Below are positions 23,504 to 32,947 of a DNA stretch of 64,000 nucleotides, piece by piece (the stretch's first letter is position 1; each line of letters opens with the position of its first letter). The stretch spans positions 7,667-71,666 of the forward strand of contig JARRKE010000001.1 of assembly GCA_037388465.1 (NCBI GenBank), written 5' to 3'. The position numbers and the translations under genes were made by a program. A model generated the notes under the pieces. The model did not search any database. It saw nothing but the letters and a program-made list of their open reading frames with translations, and was not told the DNA's origin. Origin of the DNA: Gammaproteobacteria bacterium. Its GTDB lineage: Bacteria; Pseudomonadota; Gammaproteobacteria; SpSt-1174.

Positions 23504-23806
23504 ATGGCATTGACCAAGGCTGATATGGCTGAGCGGTTGTTCGAAGAGCTCGGTCTCAATAAACGTGAGGCCAAAGAGCTGGTCGAGATGTTTTTCGAGG
23601 AAGTCCGCAATGCTCTGCAGGCGGGAGAGCAGGTCAAATTGTCGGGCTTTGGGAATTTCATGCTCAGGGACAAAAACCAGCGTCCGGGGCGGAATCCCAA
23701 GACGGGTGAAGAAATACCGATTACAGCGCGACGGGTCGTGACCTTCCGTCCTGGACAAAAACTAAAAGCGCGGGTCGAGGCCTATGCTGGAAGCCGGGAA
23801 CAATAA
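23504..23806 (+). CDS. ihfA: Integration host factor alpha subunit
   Basis: 100 aa, [33 protein letters not shown].. and [16 protein letters not shown] arm. Confidence 0.9.
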   Translation: MALTKADMAERLFEELGLNKREAKELVEMFFEEVRNALQAGEQVKLSGFGNFMLRDKNQRPGRNPKTGEEIPITARRVVTFRPGQKLKARVEAYAGSREQ

Positions 23807-24140
23807 CGAACTGCCAGCCATCCCTGGCAAACGATATTTCACCATTGGAGAGGTTAGCGAGCTTTGCGGTGTCAAACCGCACGTACTGCGTTATTGGGAG
23901 CAGGAATTCCCCTCGTTAAAGCCTGTCAAACGGCGTGGTAACCGTCGTTACTACCAGCGCCACGACGTTATCCTGATTCGGCAGATTCGCAGCCTGCTGT
24001 ACGAGCAGGGCTACACCATCGGTGGTGCACGGCAGAAACTGGCCGGCGATGAGGTGCGCGAAGACGCTTCTCAAAGCCAGCAGATCATCCGTCAGCTGCG
24101 CCAGGAGATGGAAGAGCTGCTGCATCTGCTCAAGCGCTGA
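23784..24140 (+). CDS. MerR-family transcriptional regulator (conserved gene downstream of ihfA)
   Basis: 118 aa. [28 protein letters not shown]; overlaps the ihfA 3' end. Confidence 0.75.
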   Translation: MLEAGNNNELPAIPGKRYFTIGEVSELCGVKPHVLRYWEQEFPSLKPVKRRGNRRYYQRHDVILIRQIRSLLYEQGYTIGGARQKLAGDEVREDASQSQQIIRQLRQEMEELLHLLKR

Positions 24141-24187
24141 CCGCGCGCTTTTCATACCCGCCCTGATCGGGTATTCTTCGCAGCCTT

Positions 24188-24266
<79 letters not shown>

Positions 24267-24321
24267 TTTCCCCTCCGGAATTAACGGGATCCGGGCGCAT
24301 CGCCCGCTGATCGATTCCCTT

Positions 24322-24359
24322 GAATCAAGATGGCAGTGTGTTCACTGCCATCTTGATTC
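24322..24359. terminator. Perfect 17-bp inverted repeat (bidirectional terminator candidate between tRNA-Pro and the fdsA 3' end)
   Basis: GAATCAAGATGGCAGTG-TGTT-CACTGCCATCTTGATTC. A T-rich tract (CTCCTTTTTCTTTTTCC) follows 16 nt downstream on the + strand. Confidence 0.5.
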
Positions 24360-24451
24360 GTTCCTGATCCTCTCCTTTTTCTTTTTCCTATGTTCTGCGG
24401 GCCTGTTTCGCAGTTTCGTGCCGAATGGCGTGCGAAACGGCAGGCTTTTGC

Positions 24452-27238
24452 TCAGTTCATCGTCAAATGCGTCGTTTCCGCGGGTGCGGCGGCGCGTATC
24501 CTTACCGCGGCCGCGGTGAACTTGAAACCCGGGATCTTGCCGTAGGGGTCCAGCGTGTCGCCGGTCAGCAGGTTGGCGGCGGCCTCGCGGTAGGCAAATG
24601 GCAGGAACAGCTGGCCGGGCATGAGTGCATCGTCGGCACGCGCATAGGCGGTGACGGTGCCGTGATGCGATTCCACGGTGATGGCGTCGCCCGCATTCAG
24701 CCCGAAACGCGCCAGGCTTTCCGGGTGCAGGCTCACCGTGGGCAGGGGTTCGATGGCGTCCAGTACCGTGGCGCGACGCGTCATGGCGCCGGTGTGCCAG
24801 TGCTCGAGCTGACGCCCGGTGATGAGCACCAGCGGATAATCGTTGTCGGGCAGTTCGGGACCGTGGGCGTAGGTCGCCGGCGAGAGTTGCGCGCGACCGT
24901 CAGCGGTCGGAAAGTCGCTCTGGAACACCACCCCGTCACCGGGGTCGCCCTCGTGACGGCAGGGGTAGGTGACCGAATCGCTCTCTTCCAGGCGTTCCCA
25001 GGTGATGCCTGCGATGGAGGGCATCACCGTACGCAGCTCGGCAAACACCTCGCGCGGGCCCTCGTACTGCCAGTCCAATCCCAGTCGGCGTGCCAACTCC
25101 TGCACGATCCACAGGTCCTGGCGCGCTTCGCCGGGCGGTTCGAGCGCGGGACGCAGGAACTGCACGCGGCGGTCGGTGTTGGTCACCGTACCGCTTTTTT
25201 CGAACAGGGCCGAGGCGGGCAGAACGACGTCGGCGTAGAGCGCGGTTTCGGTGGGGAAAATCTCCTGTACCACCAGATGTTCGAGGCGCTGCAGGCCGGT
25301 ACGCGCGTGATGAAGGTTCGGGTCGGACATGGCCGGGTTTTCGCCCATGATGTACATGCCGCGGATTTTCCGTTCGTTGGCGGCGTGCATGATTTCCACC
25401 ACGGTCAGGCCCGGCTCCGGATCCAGGGTCACGTTCCAGGCGGCCTCGAAGCGGGCGCGGTTTTCCGCGTTGCCGACCGGGGTGTAGTCGGGTAGTACCA
25501 TCGGAATGAGCCCGACGTCCGAGGCGCCCTGCACGTTGTTCTGGCCGCGCAGCGGATGCAGGCCGTTGGCGCGGCGGCCGATGTGGCCGGTGATCAGGGC
25601 AAGCGAGATCAGCGCGCGCGCATTGTCGGTGCCGTGCACGCTTTGCGCGATGCCCATGCCCCAGAAGATCATCGCGTCAGGCGCACTCCCGTAAAGCCGT
25701 GCGACCTCGCGCAGGCGCTCGGCGGGAATGCCACAAATGGGCGCCACACGCTCCGGCGTGTAGTGGGCGACGTGGTCCTTGAGGGCATCGAAGCCGGTCG
25801 TGCGGCGCGCGACGAACGCTTCGTCCACCATGCCTTCCTCGATAATCACGTTGAGCAGGGCATTGAGCAGGGCGACGTCGGTGTCGGGGTTGAATTGCAG
25901 GACGTGGTCGGCGTTCAGCGCAAGCAGGGTGCGGCGCGGATCGGCGACGATGAGCGTGGCGCCGGCACGGGCTGCGTTTTTGATGTAGGTGGCGGCCACC
26001 GGATGGTTTTCGGCGGCATTGGCGCCGATGACCAGGATGACGTCGGTGTCGGCGACCTCGGCGACCTGGTTGGAGACGCCGCCCGAGCCGACCATCTCCT
26101 GCAGCGCGGCGACCGATGAGGCGTGGCACAGGCGTGTGCAGTGGTCGACGTTGTTGGTACCGAATCCGGTGCGCACCAGCTTTTGGAACAAATAGGCCTC
26201 TTCATTGGTGCCCTTGGCGGAACCGAAACCGGCCAGGGCGGAAGGCCCGTGCTGTTCGTGTATGCGGCGCAGACCCGCGGCGGCGTATTCCAGGGCCTCT
26301 TCCCAGCTCACCTCGCGGAAGGTGGCGGCCAGGCGTTCCGGGGTGGCTTCCAGGACGTCGTCCGGTCCGGGGCGCGGCACGCCCTCGCGGCGAATCAAGG
26401 GCTTGGTCAGGCGGGCCGGATTGTGGACGTAGTCGAAGCCGTAACGTCCCTTGACGCACAGGCGGTTGTGATTCGATGGGCCGTCGCGCCCATCCATCCA
26501 CAGGATGCGGTTGTCCTTGACGTGGGCGGTGACCAGGCAGCCCACCCCGCAGTAAGGGCAGACGGTTTCCACGTCGCGTTCGGGCTGTTCCAGCCCGACG
26601 TCATTGGCGGGCATGAGCGCGCCGGTCGGGCACGCCTGGACGCATTCACCGCAGCCCACGCAGGATGACTCGCCCATGGGGTCGGCAAGATCGAAGACAA
26701 TGGCGGACTCGGCGCCGCGATGCGCATAGCCGATGACGTCGTTGTTCTGCTCTTCGCGGCAGGCGCGCAGGCAGCGCGTGCACTGGATGCAGGCGTCCAG
26801 GCGCACGGCGATGCCGGGGTGGGACAGGTCGGCGGTGGGTTCCGTGCGGCGCGCGAACCGCGGCGCGCCGAGGGAAAGTTCGCGCTGCCAGTAGGCAAGC
26901 TCGCTGGACGGGTTGTAGGTCTCGTCGGGCATGTCGGCGCCGAGCAGTTCCAGCACCAGGCTTTGCGCCTGGCGGGCGCGCGGCGAAGCCGATTTCACCG
27001 TCATGCCTTCGGTCGGTTTGCGATAGCAGGCCGGTTGCAGCGTGCGTTCGCCTTCGATCTCCACCATGCAGGCCCGGCAGTTGCCGTCGATGCGCAAGCC
27101 GTCCGTGTAGCACAGGTGGGGAATGTCGGTGCCGTGCCGGCGGGCGGCCTGGAGAATGGTTTCATCGGGACGGGCGCGTAATTCGCGGCCGTCGAGGGTG
27201 AAGGCGATTTCGGTAAGCGTGTCCGGATTGGCAGCCAT
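24452..27238 (-). CDS. fdsA: NAD-dependent formate dehydrogenase alpha subunit (NuoG-like Fe-S N-terminus + molybdopterin domain)
   Basis: ~928 aa. N-terminal 2Fe-2S and 4Fe-4S Cys motifs (CYTDGLRIDGNCRAC.., CIQCTRCLRAC, CVGCGECVQACPTGAL), then a Mo-bisMGD domain (CPYCGVGC..). The ATG at 27238 overlaps the fdsB stop by 1 nt. The track ORF 24452..28498 continues in this frame upstream of the real start. Confidence 0.9.
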   Translation of the reverse strand: MAANPDTLTEIAFTLDGRELRARPDETILQAARRHGTDIPHLCYTDGLRIDGNCRACMVEIEGERTLQPACYRKPTEGMTVKSASPRARQAQSLVLELLGADMPDETYNPSSELAYWQRELSLGAPRFARRTEPTADLSHPGIAVRLDACIQCTRCLRACREEQNNDVIGYAHRGAESAIVFDLADPMGESSCVGCGECVQACPTGALMPANDVGLEQPERDVETVCPYCGVGCLVTAHVKDNRILWMDGRDGPSNHNRLCVKGRYGFDYVHNPARLTKPLIRREGVPRPGPDDVLEATPERLAATFREVSWEEALEYAAAGLRRIHEQHGPSALAGFGSAKGTNEEAYLFQKLVRTGFGTNNVDHCTRLCHASSVAALQEMVGSGGVSNQVAEVADTDVILVIGANAAENHPVAATYIKNAARAGATLIVADPRRTLLALNADHVLQFNPDTDVALLNALLNVIIEEGMVDEAFVARRTTGFDALKDHVAHYTPERVAPICGIPAERLREVARLYGSAPDAMIFWGMGIAQSVHGTDNARALISLALITGHIGRRANGLHPLRGQNNVQGASDVGLIPMVLPDYTPVGNAENRARFEAAWNVTLDPEPGLTVVEIMHAANERKIRGMYIMGENPAMSDPNLHHARTGLQRLEHLVVQEIFPTETALYADVVLPASALFEKSGTVTNTDRRVQFLRPALEPPGEARQDLWIVQELARRLGLDWQYEGPREVFAELRTVMPSIAGITWERLEESDSVTYPCRHEGDPGDGVVFQSDFPTADGRAQLSPATYAHGPELPDNDYPLVLITGRQLEHWHTGAMTRRATVLDAIEPLPTVSLHPESLARFGLNAGDAITVESHHGTVTAYARADDALMPGQLFLPFAYREAAANLLTGDTLDPYGKIPGFKFTAAAVRIRAAAPAETTHLTMN

Positions 27239-28911
27239 CAGTCCACCTCCTCGGGAAAGTATTTGAAAATGCAGCGCAGCGGATTGGGTGCGGCCTGCCC
27301 GAGGCCGCAGATCGATGCATCGGCCATGACCTGGGCGAGATCGTCGAGACGCCCGCGGTCCCAGCGCGGTTCGGTCATCAGGTCGGCCGCCTTGGCCGTG
27401 CCGACGCGGCAGGGCGTGCATTTGCCGCATGATTCGTGGGCGAAAAAGCGCATGGCATTGAACGCGGCGTCGCGGGCACGATCGTGGTCCGATAACACGA
27501 TGATCGCCGCCGAACCGATAAAGCAGCCGTGTTCCTCCATGGTGCCGAAATCCAGCGGGATGTCGCCAAGGCTGGCGGGCAGGATGCCGCCCGAGGCACC
27601 GCCGGGGAAGTAGGCGTAGAAGGTGTGGCCGGGCAGCATGCCGCCGCAGTATTCGTCGATGAGTTCGCGCACGGTGATGCCGGCCGGCGCGAGCTTGACC
27701 CCCGGCTCGGTGATGCGGCCGCTTACCGAGTAACTGCGCAGTCCGTGGCGGCCGTGCCGGCCCTGCGACGCGAACCATTCCGCCCCTTTTTCGACAATGT
27801 CGCGCACCCAGTGCAGGGTTTCCATGTTGTGCTCGAGCGTGGGTCGGCCGAATACGCCGTTTTGCGCCACAAACGGGGGGCGTAGCCGGGGCATGCCGCG
27901 CTTTCCTTCGATGGATTCGATCATGGCCGATTCCTCGCCACAGATGTAGGCGCCGGCACCGCGACGCAGATACAGGTTCGGCAGGCGGCAGGGTGGGTCG
28001 GCCTGCAGTGCGGCGAGTTCGTGCTCGAGCATCCGGCGTGCACCGGCGTATTCGTCGCGCAGATAGATGTATATGTCGTCGGCACCGATCACCTGGGCGG
28101 CGATCAGGGCGCCTTCGAGAAAGCGGTGGGGATCGCGGCTTAAATAGTGGAGATCCTTGAAGGTGCCGGGCTCTCCCTCGTCGATGTTGATCGCGATGAT
28201 GCGCGGCGCGGGCTGGTCGAGCAGGATGTGCCACTTGCGTGCTGTGGGAAAACCCGCACCACCCAGGCCGCGCAGGCCGGCGCCTTCGATCGCCTGAAGC
28301 ACGCTTTCCGCGGAAAGTTCGCCACGCTCCAGCGCCCTGCATAGTGCGTAACCGCCGTTGTTGCGATAGGTCCGGTAGTCGCATGCATCGGGCATGGGCG
28401 CATCGGTTTCGCTGCGGGCCACCGTGGCGGTGACCTCGTCGATGCCGGCGTTCGTCACCGGATTCTGGCCGACTACGGCGACCGGTGCCTGGTCGCAACG
28501 GCCGACACAGGAAACGCGCTGCACACGTACCTCGCTGCCGAGTCGCTGCTGCAGGGTGTTCGCCAGTTCTTCCGCCCCGAACAGGGCGCAGGTGACCGAA
28601 TCGCAGACGCGTACGGTAACGGCGGGCGGTGCCTCCTCGCCGTGCGCGACGACATCGAAATGGTGATAGAAGCTCGCCACCTCGTAGACTTCAACCGGCG
28701 CCATGTGCAGTTCACGGGCAAGCGCCACGAGATGATCGCCGGGCAGATGCCCGAAATGATCCTGAATACAATGCAGGTGTTCGATGAGCCATGCCCGCTC
28801 TTGGGGGAGGCCGGCGGTAAGGGTGCGGGCCTCTTCAGCTACCTGCGGATCGACCTGGCGTCCTTTGGGGTGGGGGCGCAGTCGTCGGCGCATGGGGTGG
28901 ACATTTGCCAT
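27238..28911 (-). CDS. fdsB: NAD-dependent formate dehydrogenase beta subunit with fused NuoE-like [2Fe-2S] gamma domain (NuoE+NuoF homologue)
   Basis: N-terminal thioredoxin-like 2Fe-2S region (CDSVTC .. CVGRC). NuoF-like NAD/FMN/4Fe-4S region (GLRGLGGAGFPT, ESCGKCTPCR). Start placed at the ATG at 28911 with an AGGAGG RBS; the track starts at the GTG at 28917. Confidence 0.85.
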   Translation of the reverse strand: MANVHPMRRRLRPHPKGRQVDPQVAEEARTLTAGLPQERAWLIEHLHCIQDHFGHLPGDHLVALARELHMAPVEVYEVASFYHHFDVVAHGEEAPPAVTVRVCDSVTCALFGAEELANTLQQRLGSEVRVQRVSCVGRCDQAPVAVVGQNPVTNAGIDEVTATVARSETDAPMPDACDYRTYRNNGGYALCRALERGELSAESVLQAIEGAGLRGLGGAGFPTARKWHILLDQPAPRIIAINIDEGEPGTFKDLHYLSRDPHRFLEGALIAAQVIGADDIYIYLRDEYAGARRMLEHELAALQADPPCRLPNLYLRRGAGAYICGEESAMIESIEGKRGMPRLRPPFVAQNGVFGRPTLEHNMETLHWVRDIVEKGAEWFASQGRHGRHGLRSYSVSGRITEPGVKLAPAGITVRELIDEYCGGMLPGHTFYAYFPGGASGGILPASLGDIPLDFGTMEEHGCFIGSAAIIVLSDHDRARDAAFNAMRFFAHESCGKCTPCRVGTAKAADLMTEPRWDRGRLDDLAQVMADASICGLGQAAPNPLRCIFKYFPEEVD

Positions 28912-29743
28912 GGTCACCTCCTGTTGGCGGCGAAACGATGACTTTATAGGTGAATTCTAGGTGCGAATTCGATGTGCCTGTGATAAACGCGCATTGCAAC
29001 AACACCTGTGCGCAACATTGTTTCTCGTGGTGAACCGTCGCGTTAATGCTGGCATGCGCCAGGAATGCCTGTTGGTTACTGTTGGGTTAAGTCTGATCCG
29101 TTATTTTGACGCCCCGCCTGGTGCCAAGTTTCCCGCTTGGCTGTGCAAAACAGCCGAAGTGGCGGTTTGCTAGTAATTGCCACCCCTTTGTATCCCTATT
29201 TTCATTTATTCACTCCCGGTCGCGGGATTTTCCTGGGATGTCTTGGCATCTGCACCGGGCACGTCCGGTCGGGCAGCGTCGAGCATGCAATCCATCCTGA
29301 GCCCTTAAAAAGCAAGAACGGTGCCACTCAAAAGGATTTGACAGCCTCGCGGACAGAGTGATTCCGGCCATTTCGGATTTCTGCCCGTGTGTCAGAGACG
29401 GGACGCCGGTGTGGCGTTTGCGGCGCACGTTTGTTCCTGCCATGTGGCGGCTCAGATTTGTAGGTTAGTCCTCCGGTCGCCGGTTTCGGGAAGATTGCCG
29501 TTGAGGGTAAGGAAAAGCGCATCCCGTATTGTTGATGCCCGTATACGTGAGTCAGGCGTTCAGTCTGGCCGTCCCACCCGTGTTACAGAGTGTTTCACCA
29601 CTGCCGCACCCGATACCTGAAGTCGGGAGCTTCGGTCCGGCAATGCTTTTCGCTGCGGCTGCCAACGCCTGCGTTACAGCAAAGGTTTTCTCAATAGATG
29701 TCCACACGGCGGCATGGGTGTGCCGTTCCCGCATATTCCTCAC

Positions 29744-29758
29744 TGGCATAGTTAGTGC
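29744..29758 (+). promoter_or_regulatory. Candidate sigma-54 (-24/-12) promoter in the 1.1-kb xoxF leader region
   Basis: TGGCAT-N5-GTGC approximates the TGGCAC-N5-TTGC consensus. Lies ~300 nt upstream of the xoxF ATG. Weak. Confidence 0.25.
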
Positions 29759-30058
29759 TTTTACTTTGTGAGCCCGGTGCATATCGCGTTGTTTGTCGAT
29801 CAGGGATGAAACACCCGGTGTAGAGCGATGACGGTTTCTGTCCATCGTTAAGCAAACGAAGCGTGGTTGGATCGACGTATATGGATTGCAGTTTCAAGCG
29901 GGTCGATCCGTGAGCTTAAAGGTACGGTTCGGTGTAGTGAGATGGGTCCGTGTTCAGACATTAGGGGATGCGTCTGACCAGGGACCAATACCTTGTTGGT
30001 CTGGTATCTGCACAAACGCCGAACTGCGAAGAGAGGGCAATATGTGGAGGAGTAGATC

Positions 30059-31852
30059 ATGTATGCGAAATTGAAAGTCGTATTGGCGACGACGAGCCTT
30101 TGTTTGTTCGGTTCGCTGATGGCTGCATCTGCAGTGGCCAACGAAGGGCTCGAACGTGCGTCGCAAAACCCGGATCAATGGGTGATGCCGAGTGGAAACT
30201 ACTCTGCTTGGCGATTCAGCAAACTGGACCAGATCAATACCGGAAACGTAAAGAAGATGCACGTCGCGTGGACGATGTCCACGGGTGCATTGCGTGGCCA
30301 TGAAGGCCAGCCGCTGGTGGTGGGCGACATGATGTATTTCGAGTCGGCCTATCCCAACTACGTCTACGCCGTCAACCTGAACGACATCGGCAAGATCGCA
30401 TGGAAGTTCGAACCGAGGAAGGATCCGAACGCACCGCCGGTAGCCTGCTGTGACGTCGTCAACCGTGGTGTGGCCTATGCGGACAACACCATCATCACCG
30501 ATGCGTTGGATGGCATGATCTACGCGTTGAACGCCACCAACGGCAAGGTGATTTGGAAGGTAAGGAATGCCGATCCGAAGCTCGGTCAGACGGTGACTGG
30601 TGCGCCACTGATTATTCGTGATCATGTTCTTGTCGGCGTGTCTGGCGGCGAGTACGGCGTCCTCGGTTATCTGACCTCCTACAACCTTAAAACGGGTAAA
30701 AAGGAGTGGAGAGCCTACAGCGCCGGCCCGGATAGCAAGATGCTGTTCAATCCCAACAAGACCATCAACGGCGCGACGCAAAAGCCGGTGGGCCGGGATT
30801 CCAGCCTGAAGACATGGAAAGGGGATGAATGGAAAGTCGGAGGCGGCACCACCTGGGGCTGGTATTCCTATGATCCGAAGCTGAACCTGGTTTACTACGG
30901 TACCGGCAACCCGGGTACCTGGAACCCGAGTCAGCGTCCCGGTGACAACAAGTGGTCCATGTCCATCATCGCCCGTAATCCGGATACCGGTGAGGCGGCC
31001 TGGGCTTATCAGATGACGCCGCACGACGGTTGGGACTACGACGGTGTGAACGAGAGCGTTCTCATCAGCGTGGATTATCACGGGCATAAAACGCCGGCGA
31101 TGGTGCACTTCGACCGCAACGGTTTTGCCTATGTGCTCGACCGCGTGAACGGCAAGCTGCTGGCTGCGCACAAGTACGACCCGTCGGTGAACTGGGCCTA
31201 CCGGATCAACATGAAGACCGGACGTCCCGAGCTCGATCAGAAGTACATGACCAAGGCGGGCGTCAACGTCAAGGGTATCTGCCCGTCGTCACAGGGCGAC
31301 AAGGATCAGCAGCCGATCTCCTATGATCCGAACACCGGTCTGGTGTATGCCCCGTTGAACCATCTGTGCATGGACTATCAGGCCTTCAAGGTGAAATACA
31401 AGGCTGGTTTCCCGTTCGTGGGCGCCATCGTGAACATGCATCCTGGTCCCGGCAACTATCGTGGCCGCTTCATCGCCTTCGATCCGATGTCCGGCAAGAC
31501 CAAATGGCAGATTCACGACACCTTCCAGGATTGGGGTGGTGCCTTGACCACTGCCGGCGGCATTGCCTTCTACGGCACGCTGAAGGGCTGGTTCCGTGCG
31601 GTCGATATGAAGACCGGCAAGGTTCTGTACGAGTTCCATTGCCCCTCGGGGATCATCGGCAATCCCATCGCCTATATGCATGACGGCAAGGAATACGTCG
31701 CTGTGCTGACGGGTGTCGGCGGCTGGGCGGCTATTGGCATGACCAATAACCTCCACAAGTCGACGGCGGGATTGGGTGCCGTGGGCCTGAATGCGAGCCT
31801 GCCGCAATACACCAATCTCGGTGGAACCCTGATGGTGTTCGCAGTGAACTAA
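30059..31852 (+). CDS. xoxF: PQQ-dependent methanol/alcohol dehydrogenase, lanthanide-type (XoxF-like)
   Basis: 597 aa with signal peptide and eight-bladed PQQ beta-propeller. WDYDG block with Asp two residues after the catalytic Asp, the lanthanide-coordinating signature. GGAGGAG RBS. Confidence 0.85.
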   Translation: MYAKLKVVLATTSLCLFGSLMAASAVANEGLERASQNPDQWVMPSGNYSAWRFSKLDQINTGNVKKMHVAWTMSTGALRGHEGQPLVVGDMMYFESAYPNYVYAVNLNDIGKIAWKFEPRKDPNAPPVACCDVVNRGVAYADNTIITDALDGMIYALNATNGKVIWKVRNADPKLGQTVTGAPLIIRDHVLVGVSGGEYGVLGYLTSYNLKTGKKEWRAYSAGPDSKMLFNPNKTINGATQKPVGRDSSLKTWKGDEWKVGGGTTWGWYSYDPKLNLVYYGTGNPGTWNPSQRPGDNKWSMSIIARNPDTGEAAWAYQMTPHDGWDYDGVNESVLISVDYHGHKTPAMVHFDRNGFAYVLDRVNGKLLAAHKYDPSVNWAYRINMKTGRPELDQKYMTKAGVNVKGICPSSQGDKDQQPISYDPNTGLVYAPLNHLCMDYQAFKVKYKAGFPFVGAIVNMHPGPGNYRGRFIAFDPMSGKTKWQIHDTFQDWGGALTTAGGIAFYGTLKGWFRAVDMKTGKVLYEFHCPSGIIGNPIAYMHDGKEYVAVLTGVGGWAAIGMTNNLHKSTAGLGAVGLNASLPQYTNLGGTLMVFAVN

Positions 31853-31932
31853 GAGCAAACCGTGGACGGGTCCGGCGCCGGCGTGCCGGTGTCGGACCCG
31901 ATTAAAAAAGCCGGCGGAGGAGTTTTTTTAAC

Positions 31933-32790
31933 ATGACAAACAAAACAATGACGTTGCCGTCTTATCTTTTTCTTATGCTGCTTGTACTGGTGCCATTGGC
32001 AATGATGGCCCAGTCGGCGGTTGCATCCGAGCAACCGTTACGTGTATGCGCTGACCCTGATTACATGCCTTATTCGAATCGTGCCGGTCAAGGCTTCGAG
32101 AACCATGTTGCGGAACTTGTCGCAAAAGCCATGGGCCGTAAGCTCGAATATCACTGGGCATCGCTTCGTGGACAAGGCGGATTTTCCAATTTTCTGGCCT
32201 TGAACCTGGATGCCGGTCATTGCGACGTCGTCATGGGTATCCCATACGGCGATCCGGAAGAGTTGTATACCAAGCCATACTACGAGTCGTCCTATGTCTT
32301 CGTGTTCAAGAAGGACAAGCATTACGACATTACGAGTATGGATTCACCGGTGCTGAGGCACCTCAAGATCGGCTATGAAGAGGACACGCCGCCTCAGACC
32401 GGATTGAAGCTGCGCGGCCTCCTGTTCAAGGCTAAACAGTTCCATGTGGCAGACAACAAAAATCTGTCACCCAAAAGTATGTTGCAGGCGGTTCGCGATG
32501 GGAAGGTAGACGTCATCATTACGTGGGAGCCGGCCATCGGCTATTACCTTCACGATTACCCCGATCTGAAAGTCGTTCGCGTACCCAATACCCGATCCAC
32601 GGGTTCGCCCGAGCGTTACCTGTTTTCTATAGCCATGGGCGTGAGGGCAAAGGATCACAGCCTGAAAAATGAACTTGATTCCGTGATCAATTCCCACAAG
32701 TCCCAGATCAAGAGGGTTCTGGATTCGTTCAACGTCAAGCTGTATCCGACGGCGAGCGGTGAAAGCAGTTTCGCTGACGGGACGATGTAA
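31933..32790 (+). CDS. xoxJ: MxaJ/XoxJ-family periplasmic protein (quinoprotein dehydrogenase-associated SBP-like)
   Basis: 285 aa with signal peptide. Family-3 SBP-like fold and the position right after xoxF. Confidence 0.75.
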   Translation: MTNKTMTLPSYLFLMLLVLVPLAMMAQSAVASEQPLRVCADPDYMPYSNRAGQGFENHVAELVAKAMGRKLEYHWASLRGQGGFSNFLALNLDAGHCDVVMGIPYGDPEELYTKPYYESSYVFVFKKDKHYDITSMDSPVLRHLKIGYEEDTPPQTGLKLRGLLFKAKQFHVADNKNLSPKSMLQAVRDGKVDVIITWEPAIGYYLHDYPDLKVVRVPNTRSTGSPERYLFSIAMGVRAKDHSLKNELDSVINSHKSQIKRVLDSFNVKLYPTASGESSFADGTM

Positions 32791-32947
32791 GTACGAAAAC
32801 AGGACAAGTTTTAAGAACGGACCAGGTGTGTCGTTCAACGTAATTCCCACCGGTGTGATTTCCGATCCTTACAGAGATCACGCCGGTGGGCCAAGCGGCC
32901 GAAATCTATCGGCAGGATCCATAAAAGTAGGTTAAGAGGTGCCTAGG

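Noticed and set aside
24452-28498. 1348-aa composite ORF running fdsA into upstream sequence
   Set aside because: The frame merely stays open past the true start; the N-terminal 420 aa are Arg/Pro-rich nonsense. The real fdsA start is the ATG at 27238, coupled to the fdsB stop.
28961-29522. Small ORFs (60-77 aa) in the xoxF leader
   Set aside because: No RBS, no conserved features, heterogeneous composition. Treated as non-coding leader.
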